61,822 nucleotides of DNA from a virus (taxonomy: Duplodnaviria; Caudoviricetes), in the IMG/VR virus record IMGVR_UViG_3300032285_001570, positions 1 through 61,822 of that record, one strand, 5' to 3'. A program made the position numbers and the translations under genes. Shown here in pieces: positions 36,661-44,464 of the stretch. Each line of letters begins with the position of its first letter. Within the stretch, counting starts at the first letter, position 1. The notes below the pieces were generated by a model. The model ran no database searches. It was not told where the DNA came from and worked only from the letters and a program-made list of their open reading frames with translations.

Positions 36661-36664
36661 TCAC
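35933..36664 (-). CDS. C5-cytosine DNA methyltransferase alpha subunit
   Basis: FAGAGG (I), GGFPCQDIS (IV), ENS (VI), HKRKRIW (VIII), AIGNGQVP (X); lacks motif IX. Confidence 0.9.
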   Translation of the reverse strand: MNELALFAGAGGGILGGHLLGWRTVCAVEWEPYPASVLIARQNEGVLPPFPVWDDVQTFDGRPWRGIVDVVSGGFPCQDISVIGKGAGIKGERSGMWGQMARVIREVRPRYVFLENSPMLVTRGLGTVLGDLAEMGFDARWGVLGADDVGAPHKRKRIWIVADADGFGLQGRPQSRGDEGSRPWRKERLEELLLVQRQLAVPTSRGTGVHDGVAARVDRTKAIGNGQVPAVAATAWRILTGQQ

Positions 36665-36694
36665 AATTTCCCTTCCTGTGATGTCATCAGGTGT

Positions 36695-36724
36695 ATCGTA
36701 TCCCTGTCATCTGCTATATGTCAA
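36695..36724 (-). promoter_or_regulatory. Sigma-70 promoter for MTase
   Basis: TTGACA-18nt-TACGAT. Confidence 0.55.
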
Positions 36725-36984
36725 GTAAAAATAAAATCCCCAAGGGGTGGAAGCAAGCCCACAACCCAACCCAGACAACCCCAACACAACAGGGGGAGCC
36801 CCAGTTACCCATGAGGCAGCGATTCATTCACTAAGCGCCTTGTCCCACCGCTTTGCGCTTAGCTACTCCAGTCCCTCGCTGACAGGCTGGAACCACAACC
36901 GGGGGTGTAACGGCATGGTGTCTTTTCTTCCGAGCCACCGATTCAGGTGCGCTGCTATCGTGCGGAGTACGGCTCAGGAAAAGC
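36725..36984 (-). ncRNA. Candidate structured non-coding RNA with G-tract tail
   Basis: No convincing CDS; several local and long-range helices; four G-tracts at 36758-36782. Confidence 0.45.
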
Positions 36985-37077
36985 AAAACCCCATCACGGC
37001 TGGGCTTCAGGCTGCGGTGGAAGAGACGAATGTAGAACCAGGGGTCTCGACAACCGAAGCCCATGCGTCATGGGGTT
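36985..37077 (-). ncRNA. C4/CI-like antisense RNA
   Basis: Closing stems AACCCCAUGACG/CGUGAUGGGGUU and UGGGCUUC/GAAGCCCA; inner segments complementary to own leader. Confidence 0.6.
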
Positions 37078-37137
37078 CGTGGTTCTTCACATTCATCGCG
37101 CTTCCACACGCGGCCGGTCTTTTTCCCGAACGATTTG

Positions 37138-37167
37138 ATTCTAGGTGATACGTCCTGACAATGTCAA
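37138..37167 (-). promoter_or_regulatory. Sigma-70 promoter for C4-like transcript
   Basis: TTGACA-18nt-TAGAAT directly after a terminator. Confidence 0.65.
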
Positions 37168-37262
37168 CAAAAAAAACCCCCTGATCGCGAAATCAGAGGG
37201 TTAAGGCATCGTAATGCCAAGGAGTAAGCCAGTCCTACAACCACTGCTAGGAGGAATAGGAC
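37168..37262 (-). ncRNA. About 95-nt anti-Shine-Dalgarno sRNA ending in an intrinsic terminator
   Basis: Promoter TTGACT-18nt-TATAAT (37269-37298); hairpin loop with CUCCUAGCAGUGG; terminator CCCUCUGAU-UUCGCG-AUCAGGGGG plus U-run. Confidence 0.65.
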
Positions 37263-37284
37263 AGCCGGATTATAGAAGCCTGTA

Positions 37285-37581
37285 TCAATCACAGTCAATC
37301 TTAAGCAATCCGCGATCAAACAGCCACCCAATCGTGGCTCGATGCCCATCCTCCCAAGCCTGACGGCGCTCATCCTTCGTCATCTTGGAGCCCTGGTCAA
37401 TCTCGTGGTGACACCTGTAACACAGATAAGCCACGCGATAGTCGTGCGCCTTGATACCAAAGCCCTTCCCATCCCGCTGCTGATTTGAATGGGCGGCCAC
37501 AATCGTCTTGTCATCCGCACCACACAGCTGGCACGGCGAGTCCTTGGCTGCACGCAGGATCTTGGCGTTCCGGTAATTCAT
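37285..37581 (-). CDS. DUF1364/HNH-like Zn-binding nuclease-fold protein
   Basis: CQLC...VAAHSN...GKG.GIK..D...AYLCYRCH. Confidence 0.7.
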   Translation of the reverse strand: MNYRNAKILRAAKDSPCQLCGADDKTIVAAHSNQQRDGKGFGIKAHDYRVAYLCYRCHHEIDQGSKMTKDERRQAWEDGHRATIGWLFDRGLLKIDCD

Positions 37582-37763
37582 TTACGAATCTTTTTGGGCA
37601 AGTCATTCTGTTTGTGCCGATTAATCCAAGAGAGCTGCGTCCTGTTGATGCATCCAAGACAGCGCCAGATCTTGCGCTTGCCACGAACTGTAGGCGTCAA
37701 CATAACAGCATCGTTGAACCTGCAGCTAGCGCATTTCTTTGGAGGTGGTTTTATATCCATCAC
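37578..37763 (-). CDS. Small Zn-finger protein
   Basis: CASC...CLGC; ATGA coupling. Confidence 0.5.
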   Translation of the reverse strand: MMDIKPPPKKCASCRFNDAVMLTPTVRGKRKIWRCLGCINRTQLSWINRHKQNDLPKKIRK

Positions 37764-37942
37764 ATGCGCGGCGTAGGATCTTCTAGGTCACCGATGAATC
37801 CCTTCAGCTCATCAGCCGTGTACTCTCCAGCCTCCAAGTAAATGGCGTCAGTTCTTTTCTGCCTAAGCATCGCCTCTTCGCGCTCATCCACCAGCTGCTC
37901 GATGTTCTTAATGGCCTGCATCAATTGATCTCTAGTCATCAT
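37760..37942 (-). CDS. Hypothetical protein
   Basis: AGGAG RBS; coupled. Confidence 0.55.
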   Translation of the reverse strand: MMTRDQLMQAIKNIEQLVDEREEAMLRQKRTDAIYLEAGEYTADELKGFIGDLEDPTPRM

Positions 37943-38324
37943 TCACTCCTATTCCGTGGGATTTTTCAATGGCGCGAGCAAAGTCATACCAAAACTCTGC
38001 GGATGGTCGAACACCGTGCGAGAACAAGCGGCGCAGCGCTTCTTTGCTCATAGGTTTTTGCTTCAGACTTTTGGCAAATGCCATCAGACCCTTGCGATCA
38101 AATGCAAGACCGCCCAGGCTGTGACGCTTGGCCAAAGCAATTAACTCATCTTCATTCATACATTTCCTTTTTGGTGGGGTGGGGGGATATGCAGATTCCA
38201 CGCCCCCCTCGTGGTTGAAAGGATGGCATGCACCCATGAACTTACTATCCCGTGGAGGCACATGCCGCTGTTTGAGATTTACATCTGCAAGGCGCCTCCT
38301 AACAGTTGTATGAATACCACGGGA

Positions 38325-38648
38325 CTAAGACGATGTTCCTCGTTTCGCACATGGGTAAGCCTGCTTCAGCGCGTTGACTACCAAGCTTTCCGCACTTAAG
38401 TGCCGGAGCGTTGGATTTATTTCTAAGTAGATTCGCACAATATCTTTTGTTTGACCAACGGTAATTGTTGACGGTGTGCAAAACAAAATCGTGTCACCCA
38501 TATCATGCACCCCAACAATGTATCCGTTCGCATACGACTGCCACAAATGCTCGTTGTTGTTAATGTGCTGTAGCAGTGTGTTGCCGCTTAAGAATCCGGC
38601 ATGGGCACTGGCTGATACAAGTAGCAATCCGGCGATGTATTTTTTCAT
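38325..38648 (-). CDS. Rap1a-like secreted immunity-family protein
   Basis: Signal peptide; GN.LL, YIVGVHD, FC.P...T.GQ...IV..YL..NP..RH..A..LV..AL..AYPC. Confidence 0.7.
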   Translation of the reverse strand: MKKYIAGLLLVSASAHAGFLSGNTLLQHINNNEHLWQSYANGYIVGVHDMGDTILFCTPSTITVGQTKDIVRIYLEINPTLRHLSAESLVVNALKQAYPCAKRGTSS

Positions 38649-38836
38649 GTGTTCTTATCCCTTGCTTCCATCTCCCTGATGTCGTTAGCAGCGTCAGCCA
38701 CGCCATGCCAATCCTTCTGCTTTACCTTGAGCAGCAGGTAAGCGATCATCACCTCGATGTCAGTCTGTGACGTTATTTTATCAAGCGATTGCTTAAAAAC
38801 TAAATACTCCTCAGCAGACAATTTGTTTTCATCCAC
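38645..38836 (-). CDS. Small conserved phage protein
   Basis: DWHGVADAANDIREME motif; probable GTG start. Confidence 0.55.
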   Translation of the reverse strand: MDENKLSAEEYLVFKQSLDKITSQTDIEVMIAYLLLKVKQKDWHGVADAANDIREMEARDKNT

Positions 38837-39461
38837 CGTTCTTCTCCCGCAGCTTGGCTTCGATGGCATTTATCCAATCAATTGGATCATCCAACAAAAT
38901 CTGTCGTTTTTCCTTCTCCGTCAGCCCAACCCATTCGCGTTTCTGTGGGGTAATGTAGAGAGGGATGTTTTTAGGATCATGCAATTTGATCCCGGTGTAA
39001 TAATGGACTTTTTCTTCTGAGGGTTTATTAAACGACAACAACTTGTCACCGTAGACTGTCAACTGCAACCACGCCACCGGCTCTTGCTTCTCTGCCTCTG
39101 CGATAGCTTGGCGTAAAGATGTGATGGCAGCATCTTGGTCTTGCTGAACCAGTGCGCCGATGATCTGTGACCGACCACGTTCCAAAGCCTCCAATGCTTG
39201 CTTCATTGTTTTGATGCTCATGTGCTTTCCTTTCTCACCCAACCCTTTTAGGTATGCTTGTGCTACGTTGTCAGACAGTTTTTTACCAAGTAAATACGCT
39301 TCTATTGCCGCTTCAGTTGCATAGTCCCATCGGGCTACGATGCGCACTATTTCTTGATGCTCTTGCGGGGTCAACATATCAGGCAAAGTTTTTTTGCCGT
39401 ACTGACATCCTTTGTTTTTAAGGTAACCGCAATCACCTCCGCATGATGGACATTGGCTCAT
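38829..39461 (-). CDS. Mosaic hypothetical protein
   Basis: MKQALEAL, QEPVAW, REWVGLT, AIEAKLREKN modules common in proteobacterial phages. Confidence 0.6.
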   Translation of the reverse strand: MSQCPSCGGDCGYLKNKGCQYGKKTLPDMLTPQEHQEIVRIVARWDYATEAAIEAYLLGKKLSDNVAQAYLKGLGEKGKHMSIKTMKQALEALERGRSQIIGALVQQDQDAAITSLRQAIAEAEKQEPVAWLQLTVYGDKLLSFNKPSEEKVHYYTGIKLHDPKNIPLYITPQKREWVGLTEKEKRQILLDDPIDWINAIEAKLREKNGG

Positions 39462-39723
39462 GTGTTCTCCTTCCTTACCCAACCCATCTTCTCTAACAAC
39501 TCAGGCATGATCATCTGCCGTGTTGATTCAATCTCAGGCGGTGCAGGGAACAACGGCATCGTGCGCTCATCAGACTTCGCCCCCATCGTTACCGTCTCGT
39601 ACACGCCAAATATGTAACCCTGCAACTCTTGCGGGTTGCAGTAGATGATTGGTTCTTTTGCGTTGTTGATCTGTTTGATTGTGCTTTGCATTGGCTTCTT
39701 CCTTTTTCTCCATCCAATGGCTG

Positions 39724-40026
39724 TCATTTAGCTACCCGAAGTACCGACCTTCCTTGCAATACCAAGTACTGGTTCCACGTCTTGCGCACATCCGTCTCAT
39801 CTGCCGGTGTTGGTTTCCACCCACCTATGCGCTGCTCAATGAAATACTTGCCGCGCTTGCGTAGGTACTGGCGGGCATCTTCCATACGTAGCGCATGGCT
39901 CGCGTTGTATACAGTTGGGATGTGCTTGTAATTCAACACGTCAACATAGTCGTTGTTCGGATCAATGTAATTAAAACGCATGAGCAAGTGCTCGATGTTC
40001 ATCTTTAGTTTTTCAAAGAAATTCAT
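39724..40026 (-). CDS. Hypothetical protein
   Basis: AAGGAG RBS. Confidence 0.6.
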   Translation of the reverse strand: MNFFEKLKMNIEHLLMRFNYIDPNNDYVDVLNYKHIPTVYNASHALRMEDARQYLRKRGKYFIEQRIGGWKPTPADETDVRKTWNQYLVLQGRSVLRVAK

Positions 40027-40035
40027 GGTGGCTCC

Positions 40036-40314
40036 TTACTTAAATTTGGGTAGGCAAGTTACCTCAACAATTGTCGGGACAACCTGGTTGTTTACCTTTC
40101 GTTTAGTACTGATCACAATCGGACGCATGCCGGCGCTCTCGCATTCGTTGATGCCAGCAATTACTTCAGCTCTTGATAGTGGCGCGATCTCTTTGTCTAC
40201 CGTAAGCGAGGACGCAGCATCCGGAGAGGCGGCAGTCGTGGTGGCGGCAGGGTTGTTAAGATTGGCACAACCAGCCAGCGTGATGATGCAGATCGTTAAG
40301 ATTACTTTATACAT
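40036..40314 (-). CDS. Lipoprotein (start revised to MYKVIL)
   Basis: Lipobox LAGC after hydrophobic signal. Confidence 0.7.
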   Translation of the reverse strand: MYKVILTICIITLAGCANLNNPAATTTAASPDAASSLTVDKEIAPLSRAEVIAGINECESAGMRPIVISTKRKVNNQVVPTIVEVTCLPKFK

Positions 40315-40845
40315 TTTGATTCCCAAAGTTTGATGGTTTGGTTCAGCTTGTATCGCATGGTGTACAGGATTTCTAAAACGAGCACTGTGTCTGGATTATC
40401 GTTCTGCGCTGTCTTGACGTAATCTTGATACAGGTCAATCAATCCATGCGTATTGCTGTAATACGCGTCTTCGTAATTCATCCTAGTCTCTCCCTGTCGG
40501 CATCAAAGAAATCTAAATCTCGATTGATAAAAAAGTACAGGATGCAGATGAAAATGATGAACGCCCATGCCATGAAACCACTGGCCGCGAAAAACAAAAT
40601 GATGAAGTTAAACAGAACTGTTTCCATGCTCACCTCCAAAATGGTGGGGTACTCGCTGCACTGCCTTTGCATTTCAGCTAACTGGTCAGCATCCGCTTTC
40701 CCACGTAGGTTAAGACTTATTGAATGGCTGCCTGTGTGGATACCCGCCACCTGACTTTGACTGGGGTGGTGATGGCGGTGTGAACCGAGCCTTCCTGCTT
40801 GCCTCTGCTCTATCCTGCTTTGGCAGCTTCCAAATATCAGACCAT

Positions 40846-41250
40846 TTACTTGCCATCTTTGGCCTCAATGATTTTGATGTACTTGTCTAGATAGTGTCTG
40901 GCTTTCTTCAGATCCTCTATACCATTTTTTTCTTTGTGCCGTGCAACGTACTTGATCACGTTGCCGCTGAAGTATCCAAGGCGCCAGTCATGGATGGCGT
41001 CCCACACTTGGATCTGGTTCTTCTTGTAATGATCTCCACCAATTTGGATGTCATCAAAGTTAAGTTCCTTGGGTGCTGCACTCTCAAACACTTCAGCTGA
41101 TGCGTCCTTAAACTTCTCACGGTTCATGGATTTGACTGTGTAAATGTACTGAGGAGAAGTATTAAGTTTCTCGCAAATCTCAAGCGTGCTCGCGCCAGCT
41201 TGAAGCATACGAACGATGCGTTTAGATTTTGAATAACGACGAATTTTCAT
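40846..41250 (-). CDS. HTH plus DUF3310 (T7 gp1.7 nucleotide-kinase-like) protein
   Basis: QIGGDHY...GNVIKYVAR...KNGIEDLKKARHYL. Confidence 0.75.
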   Translation of the reverse strand: MKIRRYSKSKRIVRMLQAGASTLEICEKLNTSPQYIYTVKSMNREKFKDASAEVFESAAPKELNFDDIQIGGDHYKKNQIQVWDAIHDWRLGYFSGNVIKYVARHKEKNGIEDLKKARHYLDKYIKIIEAKDGK

Positions 41251-41259
41251 CTGTAACTC

Positions 41260-41541
41260 CTATTTCATTTCTAGCAGTTGGATTTGTTCGGACAGAATTT
41301 GCCCGATGTCTTTTTTATTTACAGCGACCATCTGTGCTTCTTTGCAGTCATACACAATCTTTGAAGCGTCGCGCACTGCTTTGTTGTAACCACTCTTGAA
41401 TGCGTCGCCACCATCTAAGATCATCATAATTGCATCGCGCACAATGCTTGATGCCTTACGCTCTTTCGCAGCTTCTTTTAATTTGCTGTGATACTCCTGC
41501 GGCAAGTACACAGAGTATGGAACTAGGTTTCGTGTTGCCAT
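41260..41541 (-). CDS. Ribbon-helix-helix-like DNA-binding protein
   Basis: YSVYLP.EY..KLKE.A...ASSIVRDAI. Confidence 0.55.
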   Translation of the reverse strand: MATRNLVPYSVYLPQEYHSKLKEAAKERKASSIVRDAIMMILDGGDAFKSGYNKAVRDASKIVYDCKEAQMVAVNKKDIGQILSEQIQLLEMK

Positions 41542-41947
41542 GTGCTGTATTCCTTATTCAATGAATCCAAGCGAATCCTGGCTTCTTTGTTAGTCTTTAG
41601 CTCCGCGCGTGAAGTCACACCCAAGTACTCGCGTAACCAGCTCGTTGCTTCCTCTTCCTTGGCCTCTAGGATTTGATTGTCTTCATACAAGTATTTCCAG
41701 AACCCCGGATCACGACACAACAGACCGGCAATCTTGATGGACTTCGCTCCCTCAAACTCGACCTCTCGATCCATCGGACGCTCGTTCTGATTGAGGCGCA
41801 CCATCACCACCTGATACCGCGACCCAACGAAATCCCGCAGCAAATCCTCAGGGATATCATCGGGGTGCATATTCAGGGTCAAGACGTAGCCTGTCTTGTC
41901 CTGCTTGATGGCGATCTTCACCGCCTCAAACTGCATGGTCTTCATGT
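41523..41947 (-). CDS. Conserved phage protein of recombination module
   Basis: AG.LCRDP.FW...WLREYLGV.SRAEL. Confidence 0.6.
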
Positions 41948-42231
41948 CAGAATGGGATGTCATCGTCATCAACCTGAGTCTGCTTCACCACCGTCTTCTC
42001 AGGCTTAACGTACGGAACCGAGGCAGCGAGGGTGAGGCACTTCTTGCCTGCGAGCTCTTTAGTCCATCCTGAAACGGCGATGCGGATTAACTCTTCATCC
42101 GAGTCGCGCATCAGATCCTTCAGGAACTGGCGGTCAAGGAACAGATCGCCACGGACGTTTGGCTGACGATCGTTATCCTTGCGGTCGTTTGGCCACAGAG
42201 TGCCGGTGTTTGGTTTGGGTATAAATGCCAT
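41947..42231 (-). CDS. ssDNA-binding-like protein
   Basis: C-terminal DDDIPF SSB tail; follows ERF. Confidence 0.6.
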   Translation of the reverse strand: MAFIPKPNTGTLWPNDRKDNDRQPNVRGDLFLDRQFLKDLMRDSDEELIRIAVSGWTKELAGKKCLTLAASVPYVKPEKTVVKQTQVDDDDIPF

Positions 42232-42239
42232 GCTGCCTC

Positions 42240-42923
42240 CTAAGAAAATTTGTTTTTAACTTCGGTGAACTTAGCCATCAGGGTCTTAAAGAAATCGGGA
42301 TCCACCTTCTTCACCGTGTCGAAGAGGATCTTGTTCTTCTTGAAGATCTGCATTACGTCATCGCTCGATGCGGCGTGTCCCAACGCTAGGTCAGCACCTG
42401 CCTCTACAGCAGCCAACCAACCTGCCTCTTCGCCATCAACGAGCTTGTTAACATTGATCTGCCATTCGCCTTCCATGCCCTCGATGCGGTCAGGGATGAC
42501 AGGTTTTGGCGCTGGCTTGACCTCAGCTTTGGGCTTCACCGGTTCGATAGCCCCTGTGGTTGAATCTAAAGCGTCGTGTTCAACGATTTCAAACGCGTTG
42601 ACCCACAGGTAGCGACGCAGGTAGCTCTGCACAGCGCCGAGATTCTGAACCTCGTGGCAGCCTTTCAGGGCGGCAGATGACATGGGTGATCCAAAGTTAA
42701 TGAACCCCTCGCCATCGGTGTCATAGATTGTCAGGGTGGCGTACTCGTGGTTAAAGCTGACCACGCCGCACAAACCGAGCTCGCCGCAGATCTTTTGAAT
42801 GGCCGGCATGAAGTCGGACAATTCAAAGTACTCGTAGCCGGCAAACTTGTTCTTGCCTGACTTAGTGAGTGGCATAGCCTGTAGTTTCAGGCGTGCCTCT
42901 TGGAGCTTCTTGTATACGTTCAT
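42240..42923 (-). CDS. erf: ERF-family ssDNA annealing protein
   Basis: KNKFAGYEYFELSD...QNLGAVQSYLRRY. Confidence 0.8.
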   Translation of the reverse strand: MNVYKKLQEARLKLQAMPLTKSGKNKFAGYEYFELSDFMPAIQKICGELGLCGVVSFNHEYATLTIYDTDGEGFINFGSPMSSAALKGCHEVQNLGAVQSYLRRYLWVNAFEIVEHDALDSTTGAIEPVKPKAEVKPAPKPVIPDRIEGMEGEWQINVNKLVDGEEAGWLAAVEAGADLALGHAASSDDVMQIFKKNKILFDTVKKVDPDFFKTLMAKFTEVKNKFS

Positions 42924-43798
42924 CAGTTACCTTTCTGTTGAAATTTGGACCACTGCTCGCAGCGGTGCTTGACTGGACAAAAATTAGCGCAGCGGACGCG
43001 CTCGCCTGGGCGCACTTCTATTTCATAGCCCTTGCCTGCTTTCTCTAGTGCATCTTCTGCATCCTCCTGCGTGTAGTGAACGGACTTGGCTCTGAGGCCG
43101 CCGGTCTTCTTGACCGCCCAGCTGGTGGGCTTTTCCCACATCTCCTCTTCCGTGCACAGCGGCATTGGTTGGTCTGTCTCCATCGCGAACTCACACTCGG
43201 AGTGCTTGGAGATCCTGTCCTGCACGAAACGCTGGCGCTCTTCGTACGACCACAGCTTGATCGGCAGCTCTTTGATTGGCGCCTCGGGGTAGCCCTCTTT
43301 ATTAGCGGCATCACGGCGGCTCCAGTCACGGATGATGGCCACGATGCCAACGTCTGTGACCTTGGTTTTCTTCACCGTCTCAACCAACCAAGCGTAGATG
43401 TTGAGCTGCTGCTCCCATTCGACCTTCTCGTTCATCACCGCCCACGCAGACGTGGTCTTGTAGTCGCGGATGGCGATGCCGTCCGCTTGGATGATCTGCA
43501 AGTCAATCGCGCCGGAGATATCCCAGCCATCAATGCTTGCGTGCAGACGCTCCTCGATGCGGTGGTTCTCGTCCTTGCCGTGCTCCAAGACCTTGTGCAC
43601 GGCGGTTCCAAAGATCGACCACACCATGTCGGCAACATCCTGCTCGATCTCGTCTTCAAACACTTTAGTCAACGCCACGATCTTCGGGCTATTGATTAAC
43701 TGTGTTACCGACAAGTGCGCCTTACCCTTGGTATAGGTAGGGCGCTGCAGAATGTTGACGAACGTCTGCGGTATGTTGTGTTTGTTGGTGAGCTTCAT
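42923..43798 (-). CDS. PD-(D/E)XK exonuclease (Cas4-like fold)
   Basis: GTAVH, E.RL, GAID, DYKTT, QLNIY, C..FC.V...C. Confidence 0.8.
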   Translation of the reverse strand: MKLTNKHNIPQTFVNILQRPTYTKGKAHLSVTQLINSPKIVALTKVFEDEIEQDVADMVWSIFGTAVHKVLEHGKDENHRIEERLHASIDGWDISGAIDLQIIQADGIAIRDYKTTSAWAVMNEKVEWEQQLNIYAWLVETVKKTKVTDVGIVAIIRDWSRRDAANKEGYPEAPIKELPIKLWSYEERQRFVQDRISKHSECEFAMETDQPMPLCTEEEMWEKPTSWAVKKTGGLRAKSVHYTQEDAEDALEKAGKGYEIEVRPGERVRCANFCPVKHRCEQWSKFQQKGN

Positions 43799-43980
43799 AG
43801 CGCGGACATGAGCTCATCAGACTCACGCTTGGTCTTCTCGTCCAACAAAGCGTACGCAATGTCGTACGACCAGCGCGCGATCTCGTACTTAGAGCTGCGG
43901 TGTGATTCTTCGTTGGTGACCATAGCCTGTGCTATCTTCATAGCGGCTTCGTCAACCCAAGTGGTTGTATTGACCATCAT
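43795..43980 (-). CDS. First gene of recombination operon, hypothetical
   Basis: AGGAG RBS; A..SY.IA.ALL motif. Confidence 0.6.
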   Translation of the reverse strand: MMVNTTTWVDEAAMKIAQAMVTNEESHRSSKYEIARWSYDIAYALLDEKTKRESDELMSAL

Positions 43981-44010
43981 GTTTTTTCTCCTAGCAGTGG
44001 ATGGGCAAGC

Positions 44011-44039
44011 ATTGTGGCAGGGTTTAAATCATATGTCAA
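44011..44039 (-). promoter_or_regulatory. Sigma-70 promoter for recombination operon
   Basis: TTGACA-17nt-CACAAT. Confidence 0.65.
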
Positions 44040-44074
44040 CAGGTTGTACCCATCTCCTCACACCTGTTGTATCG

Positions 44075-44097
44075 CAACTATAACAATGTTATAGTTG
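44075..44097. promoter_or_regulatory. 23-bp palindrome, copy 2
   Basis: CAACTATAACA-A-TGTTATAGTTG. Confidence 0.75.
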
Positions 44098-44102
44098 GCG
44101 CC

Positions 44103-44453
44103 ATGAAAACCATTGAGTTGCTACTGCCGTGGCCGCCTAGCGTCAACCACTACTGGGGGCAAGCGGGCAACCACCGCTTCATCGGTAAGCGCGGCAAGGA
44201 GTTTCGTAAGGCTGTGGCTGAGGCGTGCATAGAACGCGCTGTAGAGCCGCTAGAGGGGCGGCTGGCTGTGCACGTTAACCTGTTCCCGCCGGATCGCAGG
44301 AAACGCGATATAGACAATATCCTCAAAAGCCTGCTCGATGCCTGCGAGCACGCAGGGTGCTACGAGTCAGACTCTCAGATTGATGAACTGCACATCGTCA
44401 GGAAAGAGCGTCAGGATGGCGGGGCATGCACCATCCTGATCATGGTTCTGTAG
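44103..44453 (+). CDS. rusA: RusA Holliday junction resolvase (start revised)
   Basis: LPWPPSVNHYW...PPDRRKRDIDNILKSLLDA...DSQID. Confidence 0.9.
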   Translation: MKTIELLLPWPPSVNHYWGQAGNHRFIGKRGKEFRKAVAEACIERAVEPLEGRLAVHVNLFPPDRRKRDIDNILKSLLDACEHAGCYESDSQIDELHIVRKERQDGGACTILIMVL

Positions 44454-44464
44454 ATACGGCGTAT

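Noticed and set aside
35997-36728. Third 243-aa ORF antisense to the dual-frame MTase
   Set aside because: No RBS or recognisable motif and S/P/R-rich; most likely a shadow of dual-coding constraint, with equal length coincidental
36985-37077. tRNA gene
   Set aside because: No T-loop or D-loop consensus and no CCA; stems too long
36747-37373. ORFs 36747..37148, 36831..37064, 36947..37138 and 37164..37373
   Set aside because: No clear RBS or motifs; they cross promoters and terminators, so the region is better explained as non-coding RNA
42923-43798. Cas4-like nuclease as part of a CRISPR system
   Set aside because: No repeat-spacer array or other cas genes; sits in an ERF/SSB recombination operon
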